Assembly: GCA_040289515.1 (NCBI GenBank)
Contig: PSLI01000023.1
Span: forward strand, 1-33,849
From: Candidatus Sysuimicrobiota bacterium
Lineage (GTDB): Bacteria; Sysuimicrobiota; Sysuimicrobiia; Sysuimicrobiales; Sysuimicrobiaceae
Length of the DNA: 33,849 nt
Reading direction: 5' to 3'
The position numbers and the translations under genes were made by a program. Below the pieces are notes generated by a model, which had not been told where the DNA came from, did not search any database, and saw only the letters and a list, made by a program, of their open reading frames with translations. Shown here piece after piece: positions 1-7,726 of this stretch (within the stretch, counting starts at the first letter, position 1; every line of letters begins with the position of its first letter).

Positions 1-381
1 CGTGAAGCCGGCGTCGCGCCGGTTCCCGTCGAAGGGGCCCGGGCGGCGGGGGAAGGCCGTCACGTCCAGCTCATCCAGACAGGGCGCGGCGGCAAACGCG
101 GCTCGCAGCAGCTCGCCCACCACTGTCTGGAGCGCGCCGAGAGGATCGGGCCCGGACGGCTCGTAGGTGAGCACCACGGCGGCTGCGGTGATGTACCCGT
201 TGGTGTCCGCTGCCACGCGCACCACGCGCGGGCCGAGGTTTGCGGCGCGGAGGGCGTCCAGCAACGCCCGCTCCACGTGCGGCAGCGTGCCCGCGGCTCG
301 CGGCCCCACCCCGGACAGGCTCGGGCGCGGCGCCAACCCCACCACGGCACAGGCGGCGAGGAACCACAGGGGTGCGCGCCG
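1..381 (-). CDS. Hypothetical, probably exported protein; partial, runs off the left edge, start codon uncertain
   Basis: Stop-free minus frame from ~381 to 1 reading RRAPLWFLAACAVVGLAPRP...ALLDALRAANLGPRVVRVAADTNGYITAAAVVLTY...LDELDVTAFPRRPGPFDGNRRDAGFT. It has a signal-peptide-like N-terminus and protein-like composition. Not in the ORF track. Confidence 0.45.
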
Positions 382-436
382 CGCTAGACAATAAAAGGGC
401 GGGAAAGAAGCGGCTGGGCAAGGAGGTGGAGCCGTC

Positions 437-598
437 ATGGGGTTCGGCGGGATCGGTGCATCGGAGCTGGTCGTCATTCTTCTCATCGCCCTCCTCATCT
501 TTGGTCCGGCGCGCCTTGCGGAGATTGGCTCCTCCCTGGGCAAGGCGGTGCGGGACTTCCGCAGGGCCATGCAGGACGACGTTCACAAGGACGCGTAG
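437..598 (+). CDS. tatA: Twin-arginine translocase TatA/E subunit (53 aa)
   Basis: Manual translation: MGFGGIGASELVVILLIALLIFGPARLAEIGSSLGKAVRDFRRAMQDDVHKDA*. TM helix, FG hinge and amphipathic helix are typical of TatA. Strong RBS AAGGAGGT upstream. Below the ORF-track length cutoff. Confidence 0.93.
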   Translation: MGFGGIGASELVVILLIALLIFGPARLAEIGSSLGKAVRDFRRAMQDDVHKDA

Positions 599-649
599 CG
601 CCCGGCCCGTCAGGTTAGCGTTCGGCGGCGGTGGGGAGGTTCCTGTTCG

Positions 650-1657
650 GTGTCCGGGCTCGAGTACGAGCTGCGGCTGGTGGTGCGCCTGGCGCTGGTG
701 GCGGCTGCCCTCTGGGTGCTGTCCCGGCTCCGGACCACGTTCGGGGTTTTGTTCGTGTCGACCATCCTGGCGATCCTCCTGGATCCCGCCGCCGAGTGGG
801 TGGCAAACCGCACGGGCGGGCACAGGGGGGTCGCAGCGGCGCTGGTGGTGGGTGCGCCCCTGGTTGGTCTGGTAGCGGTGGCCCGGTGGCTTGCAGGGCC
901 GCTGGGGCGCGAAACCGCCAGGCTGCTGGCCGCCATCCCCGGCGCCCTCCAGCTGGCCACCGAGCAGCTTGCGAGGATGGAGTCGGAATGGCTAGCGCTC
1001 CCCCCGGAGCTGAGCCTCACCCGTGCGCTGCAGGGTTTCACCCTGTCGATGGTGGAGCGGGTGTTGAGCGCCTCCATCGTGGTGGGAGCCCACGCATACG
1101 GAATCCTCCTGACCCCCCTGCTGGCCTTCTTCCTCCTGAAGGACGGCCCGCGGCTTGGCCGATCCCTCCTGGCTTGGCTGCCTCCCAACCGGAGGGAGCT
1201 GGTTTCGCGGGCGGTAAGGGTCGGCACCTGGGCGTTGCGCCGCGCCATGCTGGGGACCCTGGTCATCGCCGCCGTCTCGTGGATGTTGCTGTGGGTGGGC
1301 CTGTGGCGGTTGCGGATGCCCAACGCCCTGGGATGGTCGGCGGTGGTGGCAGCCGCGGAGACGGTGCCGTACCTGGGCCCTCTCTTCGCGGTGGTCACCC
1401 TGGGATCGGCTGCCTTCGCACAGGGGACTCACTTGGGGGCTACCGTGGTGTTGCTTCTGCTAGCCGTGCGCGGTTTCGTGGACGTTTTGGTGGCCCCCCT
1501 GGTGCTGGGGAGCTTGCTGCGTGTCCACGCGGTCCTGGTGATTGCCAGCATCCTGGCGGGGGCTGAACTGTTCGGGATCCTCGGGGTGCTTGTGGCTGCA
1601 CCGATCGCCAGCGCGCTGGCGACCCTGGCGAGATCCGTGCGGTCGGACGTCGCGTGA
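650..1657 (+). CDS. AI-2E (PerM/TqsA) family transporter
   Basis: 335 aa multi-TM protein with ILAILLDP, LAFFLLKDG, ETVPYLGP and ELFGILGVLVAAPI family motifs. Confidence 0.85.
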   Translation: MSGLEYELRLVVRLALVAAALWVLSRLRTTFGVLFVSTILAILLDPAAEWVANRTGGHRGVAAALVVGAPLVGLVAVARWLAGPLGRETARLLAAIPGALQLATEQLARMESEWLALPPELSLTRALQGFTLSMVERVLSASIVVGAHAYGILLTPLLAFFLLKDGPRLGRSLLAWLPPNRRELVSRAVRVGTWALRRAMLGTLVIAAVSWMLLWVGLWRLRMPNALGWSAVVAAAETVPYLGPLFAVVTLGSAAFAQGTHLGATVVLLLLAVRGFVDVLVAPLVLGSLLRVHAVLVIASILAGAELFGILGVLVAAPIASALATLARSVRSDVA

Positions 1658-1715
1658 CAATCCCGTGATGCGGGGCCTGCACCATACAGGCAAGCGATGC
1701 GCGAAGGAGGAGACC

Positions 1716-2204
1716 ATGGTGAAGGCAGGGAGCGTGTTGGCGGTGGCGCTGGCCCTCATGTCGGCGGCTTCGGTGGGCCCGCACGCACCCACCGCCTACG
1801 TGGCCCACCTGTGGGGGCGGGAGCAGGTGCCCACGGTGGTCACGAAGGCGTGGGGCGTGGCCACCTTTGAGGTGGCCGGGGACGGTGCCAGCATTCGCTA
1901 CCGTCTGGAGGTGTCGCGCCTGGTGAACGTGCAGATGGCGCACATCCACGTGGCCCCGCCAGGGCAGAACGGCCCCGTCGTGGTGTGGCTGTACCCGGCC
2001 GCCCCGCCGCCGCAGCTGCGGCCCGGCCGGCTGGACGGGGAGCTTGCCTCCGGGGTGATCACCGTGGCCCAGCTGGCGGGGCCTTTGAGCCGTCAGCCGC
2101 TGTCGGCCCTGTTGGAGCGCATGCGGGTCGGCGAGGCGTACGTGAACGTGCACACCGTCGCCCACCCGGCGGGCGAGATCCGCGGGCAGATCCTGCCGCG
2201 GTAG
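1716..2204 (+). CDS. Secreted CHRD-domain protein
   Basis: RBS AAGGAGGAG then ATG at 1716; signal peptide MVKAGSVLAVALALMSAAS; CHRD motifs MAHIHVAPPGQNGPVVVWL and YVNVHTVAHPAGEIRGQI. Confidence 0.88.
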   Translation: MVKAGSVLAVALALMSAASVGPHAPTAYVAHLWGREQVPTVVTKAWGVATFEVAGDGASIRYRLEVSRLVNVQMAHIHVAPPGQNGPVVVWLYPAAPPPQLRPGRLDGELASGVITVAQLAGPLSRQPLSALLERMRVGEAYVNVHTVAHPAGEIRGQILPR

Positions 2205-2218
2205 GGGTCCGGTCGCGC

Positions 2219-2682
2219 TCAGACGGGCTGGCCCACACCCATGGCCCGCAGGGCGGCCAGGAGCACATTCAGGGCCTGTGCCACCTCCGGGCAGCGCGGG
2301 ACCTGCCAGGCTTCCTTCAGGCCCAGGGGGCGGGTGCGCGGCCGGGCCAGCTTCTCGTTGGCCGCCTGCGCCGCGTACAGGGCCAGGCGGAACAGGGGCT
2401 CGTAGCGCACCTGGCCCAGCAGCTCCAGGAGCATCCTGAGGTTGGCCAGCAGGGTCACGAGTTCCGGACGCGTGGCCGCGCTGAACTGCTCGTCGAACTC
2501 GGCCAGTACCGCTTCTGCGGCGGCCAGCAGCCTTGTACCACCCGGGTCCCGTACCGCGCTTCCAGGGGCGTCAGCGCGGGGAAGCCGTCCTCCGCCTTTC
2601 GCAGCACCGCCCGCACCAGTTCCCGGCTGGCCGCGAAGGCCTCCGTGAGCGCCGCAGTAGCGTCGGAGGTGGGCTCACGCAT
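2219..2682 (-). pseudogene. DUF1641-like helical protein split by a frameshift near 2530-2560
   Basis: N-part (2682 frame: MREPTSDATAALTEAFAASRELVRAVLRK) continues in another frame as RLLAAAEAVLAEFDEQFSAATRPELVTLLANLRMLLELLGQV...PLGLKEAWQVPRCPEVAQALNVLLAALRAMG. This resembles the DUF1641 C-terminus. The second frame has no start codon until 2458. Confidence 0.5.
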
Positions 2683-2987
2683 CCAGCAGTGCGCGGAAGG
2701 TCACAGGCCGCCTGTCCTGTAGCAGCCGCCGCAGGCGGGCGAGCTGCGGGATCCACGTCCGGCTGCGGAGGGTGGAAGAAGGCCTTCACCACGGGGTAGG
2801 CAGTCCGGCCCAGCCCTGCTCCCGCCAGCGCCCAGGCGCTGTTCACCAACACTTTGCAGCTGATCCCCGCGCTGTACCCGGGAGGGCCGCGGATGGGCCG
2901 GCTGGGCCGCGGGCCGGTGTTCGCGGTAAGCGCACTGCTGGGCGCCAACCGGGCTCAGAACAACCCCAACACGCAAGCATCGGTTCG

Positions 2988-4079
2988 CTAGCTGGGTGGC
3001 TCCAGCAGGCCGAAAACGCGCCAGGCCTCCAACTTCGCCCGCACCCGTCGGATCACCTCGTCGGTGAACTCCGTGGTGGTGGCGGCACCGCCCAGGTCCG
3101 CGGTGCGCACGCCATCCTGCACCGCTTCGAAGGTGGCCTCGTAGATGGCTCGGGAAGCCCTTGAGGCGGTGGGGTCCCGCAGGTACGCGAGGGCGGCGGC
3201 GGTGGCCAGGATCATGGCCATGGGGTTGGCCAGGTTCTTCCGGAACAGCCGTGGCGCGGTCCCGTGCGGCGCCTCCGCCAGCGCCACGCGCACCTGCAGC
3301 TCCTCGTCCAGGGCCAGCACCACCGACTCCGCTCCCGCCAGGCTGCCGAACATCTGCAGGACCAGGTCGGAGAGGGTGTCTCCGTCGCGGTTGAGGGCTG
3401 GGATGACCAGGGCTTCCCCCGTGGTCTGCAGGAGCAGGGCGTAGACGGCGTCGATGAGCTGCGGCTCGTAGGGGACATCGGGGTGCCGCTGTGCCGCGGC
3501 GTCCAGCTCCTCCTTCAGGAGGCCCTCGTACACGGGGCTCACGGTGTACTTGGGACCTCCGAACACCCTCGCGCCCAGGCGGCGCGCGTGGCGGAAGCTG
3601 AACTCCGCCACCACCCGGCAGATACGCCGACTCACCCGGGTGGTGCGGTACGCCACCTCCTCCAGGCCCTCGCCCTCCCTCCACTCACGGGCACCGTATG
3701 CGTCCTCCACCGCCATGCGCACCACGGCGATGGGGGCCACCACCCCCGCGAGGGGCCGCACCCCGGGGATGCGACGGCCCGCGCGCAGGATGACCTGTGC
3801 GCCGATGAGCTCCCGAAGAAGGGCGTTGGGACTCCCCACGTCCCCCGGGCCCTCGGGGGTGATGGTGGCTGCCTTGATCCCCACCCCGTAGTGCCGCAGG
3901 GCCTCCGCGGCCTCGTGCACCACGCGGTTGGATGTGGCTCGGCGGTGGGAGAGGCTCAGGTCGAACCGCACCAGGTCCACGGAGACGCCGCAGGTGGCCG
4001 GATCCAGCAGGCGCAGAGCCTGCTCGAGCAGCTCCTGGCCCGTGAGGTCGCCTTCCAGGACCACCAGGGTCAGGCCCAT
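2988..4079 (-). CDS. Isocitrate/isopropylmalate dehydrogenase family protein
   Basis: VVLEGDLTGQEL, IKAATITP, SPNALLR, NRDGDTLSDL, AEAPHGTAP, ANPMAMIL and RTADLGG..TTTEFTDEVI motifs; GAGGTG RBS before ATG 4079. Confidence 0.88.
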   Translation of the reverse strand: MGLTLVVLEGDLTGQELLEQALRLLDPATCGVSVDLVRFDLSLSHRRATSNRVVHEAAEALRHYGVGIKAATITPEGPGDVGSPNALLRELIGAQVILRAGRRIPGVRPLAGVVAPIAVVRMAVEDAYGAREWREGEGLEEVAYRTTRVSRRICRVVAEFSFRHARRLGARVFGGPKYTVSPVYEGLLKEELDAAAQRHPDVPYEPQLIDAVYALLLQTTGEALVIPALNRDGDTLSDLVLQMFGSLAGAESVVLALDEELQVRVALAEAPHGTAPRLFRKNLANPMAMILATAAALAYLRDPTASRASRAIYEATFEAVQDGVRTADLGGAATTTEFTDEVIRRVRAKLEAWRVFGLLEPPS

Positions 4080-4086
4080 GGGCACC

Positions 4087-4398
4087 TCACGGCTCCTCCA
4101 GGGCTTCCCGCACGCGGGCGGCCCGCTCCTGTGTGCACCCGCTGATGAGGAGGATGCGGGCGTGCGGGTCCAGGGCGCGCAGGGCGTCGAAGGTTTCGGT
4201 ACCCGACAGCCCCGGCGTGGCCATGTCCGGGATCACCAGGTGGCTCTGGCCCGCGTGCTCCCGGTACAGGCGCACGGCTTCCTCCCCACCCGTGGCCACC
4301 AGGACCCGGTAGCCGCGGCGCGTCAGGTCCTGCATGAGGTTGCACGGGGGCTCCTCGTCGTCCACCACCAGGATCGTCTCCCCCGCTTCCCCTGCCAC
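4087..4398 (-). pseudogene. Degenerate response-regulator receiver domain, formerly the C-terminus of the adjacent hybrid kinase
   Basis: ETILVVDDEE...HLVIPDMATPGLSG...ARILLISG. Same frame as the kinase, 6 codons past its TAG. Ends without the conserved Lys (KP) motif. Confidence 0.6.
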
Positions 4399-4416
4399 GT
4401 CCGCTTCCTGCGTGTG

Positions 4417-6645
4417 CTACTCCTCGGCACGACCCCGGGCCACGGGCAGATACATGCGCACCGTGGTCCCCTTGCCCACCTCGCTGTCCACCTCCAAGAA
4501 GCCGCCGTGGTTACGCACGATGCCGTACACCATGGCCAGGCCGAGCCCGGTGCCCTTGCCGGGTCCCTTGGTGGTGAAGAAGGGTTCGAACATGCGGGTT
4601 TTCACGTGCTCGTCCATGCCCACTCCGGTGTCCCGCACGGTGAGGCACACATACGGGCGCAGGACGGGTGGGTCTTGCGAGGTAGGGTCGGGCGCGATGA
4701 CCGGCTGCAGCAGGAGCTCCAGCAGGCCCCCGTCGGGCATGGCGTCCTTCGCATTCATGCACAGGTTGAGCACGGCCTGGTGCAGCTGGCTCGCGTCGCC
4801 CTCCACCAGGGGCAGGTCCGCGGGGAGGTGGGTTCGCAGCTGGACCCGTGGGTCCAGGGTGGTGCGAAACAGCTCCACCACCTCCGAGGACAGCCGCGCC
4901 AGGTCCAGGGCACGGACCTCGAACTTCCCCTTCCGGGCGAACCCCAGCAGCTGCCGCGTGAGCTCCGAGGCGCGCAGGGCGGAGCGTTCCAGCACGTCCA
5001 GGTAGCGCTGCACCTCCGGGCTGTGGGGCAGCTCCTCTTTCAGCAGCCCCAGGTAGCCCACGATGGTGCCCAGGATGTTGTTGAAGTCGTGGGCGATCCC
5101 ACCTGCCAGGGTGCCGATGCTCTCCATTTTCTGGGCCTGCAGGAGCTCCTCCTCGATCCGCTTCTGGGCGGTGATGTCCCGGTACACGCCGAGGATCCCC
5201 ACGGGCTTGCCCCGCGGATCCCGTTGCACGAACAGCACCGCGGACATCCAGGCCACGCGCCCGTCGGCGGTGCGGTGCTGAAGCTCGCCCCGCCAGTTGC
5301 CCTCCCGGATCAGGTGCGGCCGCAGGTGCGCCAGGGTGGCCCGGGCTTCCGGCTGCACGAGGGCGTCGAACGGGCGGCCCAGGGCGTCCGCCGCCAGCCA
5401 TCCGTAAATGGCCTCTGCGGCGCGGTTCCAGTACACCACCCGCCCGTCCCAGTCCGTGGCCACGATGGCGTCCTGCACCTGCTCCAGCAGGCTCGCCTGA
5501 AAGTGCAGCATCTCCGCCACCCGCTTCTGCTCCGTGAGGTCGCGCACAGTTCCCAGCAGCAGGGGCTGGCCTCTCAGGAACACCCGGTGGGCCTGCAGCT
5601 CGCACTCCACCCGGCTACCGTCCGCCCGCACGCCCACGAAGCTCACGGCGGCTCCGGGGCCGGGACTGGAAAGCCGCTCCTGCAGGTACTGGGCCAGCTT
5701 GGGGCGGTCCTCGGGGCTGCAGAAGGCTAGGGGGCCGAGGCGGTCCACGCACTCCGCCGACGTGGTTCGGAACATCTGGAGGAACCGACGGTTGACGAAG
5801 CGGAGCAGCCCGTCCGCCATCAGGAAGACTCCGTCCGGGGACTCCTCGATGAGGGTCCGGTAGCGGGCCTCGGACTCCCGCAGCTCCTCTTCCAGCTTGC
5901 GGTGCTCCGTGGTGTCGAGGGCGATGGCCAACACCAGGTGCAGGCTCCCCTCCGGCCCGCGCACGGGGCACAGAATCACGTCTAGGATCCGGGGGTTGCC
6001 TTCGGCCGGGCGTCCCTCCGGGGCAGGCCAGGGGAAGGTCTCCAGCCGCACCACCTCCCCGCGCAGCGCCTGTTCCAGCGCGGTGCGGTGCCGCGGCCCG
6101 AACACGGACCCGCCCCGCAGGACGTTCGCCTCCCTGGCCGGGGGAGGCTGCCCGAACAGCTCCACCCACGCCCGGTTGGTGGCCACCACGTTTCCGCGGG
6201 GGTCAAACGCCTGGGCGGCTATGGGTAGGTCGTGCAGAGCTTGGCGGACGTGTAAGCCGACCTCCTGGAGGCTGAGTTCGCGCGGGCGAACCACGGACCA
6301 CACCACCAGCCCGGCTACGGCCTCCGCCCGTGCAAAGGCCACCAGAAGAGTGCCGTCCGCGCGTCGGAAACGCAGCTCGCCAGCCCACCGCCGCCCGCGG
6401 CGGGCCTCCTCCAGGGCTTCCAGGGCATCCGGCGAGCCGTCCGTAAGGGCGTGGAACGGCAGCCCCACCACCGCGCGGGGACCGAGGCCGAACAGTTCGG
6501 CTGCCTGTCGGTTGGCAGCGGTCACCACCCCCTGCTCGTCCACTTCCAGCACCGCGTCGGAGACCAGCCGAAGGACTGCCTGGAGGCGCTCGTAGGCCTC
6601 CTGCGCCCTCTCCTCCTCCCGGGTCCTAGCTCGAAGCCAGAACAT
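4417..6645 (-). CDS. Cytoplasmic multi-PAS sensor histidine kinase (CckA/NtrB-like)
   Basis: About four PAS repeats; H-box QKMESIGTLAGGIAHDFNNIL; N-box QAVLNLCMNAKDAM; G1 DTGVGM; F/G2 FEPFFTTKGPGKGTGLGL; GGAG RBS before ATG 6645. Confidence 0.92.
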   Translation of the reverse strand: MFWLRARTREEERAQEAYERLQAVLRLVSDAVLEVDEQGVVTAANRQAAELFGLGPRAVVGLPFHALTDGSPDALEALEEARRGRRWAGELRFRRADGTLLVAFARAEAVAGLVVWSVVRPRELSLQEVGLHVRQALHDLPIAAQAFDPRGNVVATNRAWVELFGQPPPAREANVLRGGSVFGPRHRTALEQALRGEVVRLETFPWPAPEGRPAEGNPRILDVILCPVRGPEGSLHLVLAIALDTTEHRKLEEELRESEARYRTLIEESPDGVFLMADGLLRFVNRRFLQMFRTTSAECVDRLGPLAFCSPEDRPKLAQYLQERLSSPGPGAAVSFVGVRADGSRVECELQAHRVFLRGQPLLLGTVRDLTEQKRVAEMLHFQASLLEQVQDAIVATDWDGRVVYWNRAAEAIYGWLAADALGRPFDALVQPEARATLAHLRPHLIREGNWRGELQHRTADGRVAWMSAVLFVQRDPRGKPVGILGVYRDITAQKRIEEELLQAQKMESIGTLAGGIAHDFNNILGTIVGYLGLLKEELPHSPEVQRYLDVLERSALRASELTRQLLGFARKGKFEVRALDLARLSSEVVELFRTTLDPRVQLRTHLPADLPLVEGDASQLHQAVLNLCMNAKDAMPDGGLLELLLQPVIAPDPTSQDPPVLRPYVCLTVRDTGVGMDEHVKTRMFEPFFTTKGPGKGTGLGLAMVYGIVRNHGGFLEVDSEVGKGTTVRMYLPVARGRAEE

Positions 6646-6681
6646 CCCCGTCTCCCCAGAGCAACTCACGTGCCCGTGTTT

Positions 6682-7680
6682 TTAGACGTGCAGCTCCAGC
6701 ACGTCCCCGTCCTCCAGCACATGGTCGCGCCCCACCATCTGACCCTGGTAACCCCGGCCCCACAGACGGGCATACTTCAGGTTCTCGGCCAGCTCCTTGT
6801 GGATGACCTCTGCGGCATCCCGCACCGTGGACCCGCGCGGGAGCACGAAGGGGGCCTGCAGGTCAGGCTTGCGGCCCGGCGGCTTGCTGTACACACGGAT
6901 TTTGTGGAGGGAGGCGAAGATCCGGCCCCGCAGCACCTCCAGGCCATCCCCCCGGAGCGCGGACACCGGTAGCGCCGGACCCGGCAGGCGCTTGCCCACC
7001 AGCTCGGTGAGCACCGCCAGGTTGTCGCGGGCGGTGGGGAGGTCCCACTTGTTGGCCACCACCACCGTGCGCTTGTAAGCGCCCCGGGGAAGGGAAGGGT
7101 CGTCAGGCGTTGCGGTGTCCTCCCTCACCAGGAACACCCGGTTGGCAGGCAGCAGCTGCAGGGTCTCCTCCAGGTACAGAATCCCGTCGTCGCTGCACTC
7201 CAGCACCAGCACCGCGGCGTCCGCAGCTCGGAACAGGCTATACAGCCAGCCTTCGTCGAACCCCCGGCAGACCGGGGGGGTGTCCACCAGCTGCACCTGC
7301 ACGTTCTCGAACTGCATCATCCCGGGTTGCGGCATGCGGGTGGTCAGGGGATACGGGGCTACCTCGGGGGCGGCGTTGGTGAGCGCCGCCAGGAGGCTGG
7401 ACTTCCCGGCGTTGGGCGGGCCCAGGAGCACCACCTGGCCGGCCCCCTCCTTGGGCACGTGGAAGAAGGGGTGTGCCCGCGCACCACCCCGCCGGGTCTG
7501 CATCTCCTGGTGCAGGCGCGCGATCTTACGCTTGATCTCCGCCTGCAGCTTCTCGGTGCCCTTGTGCTTGGGGACCGTGCGCAGCATCTCCTCCAGGGCC
7601 TCCAGCCGCTCCTGCGGGGAGGCCGCCTCTCTGTAGCGCTGCTCCGCGGCCAGGTACTCGGGCGTGAGGTTGGCCGGCAT
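6682..7680 (-). CDS. DRG/OBG-family GTPase with C-terminal TGS domain (archaeal/eukaryote-like DRG)
   Basis: MPANLTPEY...PKHKGTEKLQAEIKRKIARL DRG N-terminal helices; G1 GPPNAGKSS, G2 YPLTT, G3 DTPP, G4 NKWD, G5 VSA; TGS IRVYSKPPG...YARLWG..GQMVGRDHVLEDGDVLELH. Confidence 0.88.
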   Translation of the reverse strand: MPANLTPEYLAAEQRYREAASPQERLEALEEMLRTVPKHKGTEKLQAEIKRKIARLHQEMQTRRGGARAHPFFHVPKEGAGQVVLLGPPNAGKSSLLAALTNAAPEVAPYPLTTRMPQPGMMQFENVQVQLVDTPPVCRGFDEGWLYSLFRAADAAVLVLECSDDGILYLEETLQLLPANRVFLVREDTATPDDPSLPRGAYKRTVVVANKWDLPTARDNLAVLTELVGKRLPGPALPVSALRGDGLEVLRGRIFASLHKIRVYSKPPGRKPDLQAPFVLPRGSTVRDAAEVIHKELAENLKYARLWGRGYQGQMVGRDHVLEDGDVLELHV

Positions 7681-7726
7681 GGTGACTCCCTCATCCTCCA
7701 TCCTAGCCAGGGCTATGATGGAGAGG

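Noticed and set aside
4417..4419. In-frame TAG as a pyrrolysine or programmed readthrough codon
   Set aside because: The downstream receiver is independently degenerate and truncated, and no pyl genes are in the window; decay is the simpler explanation
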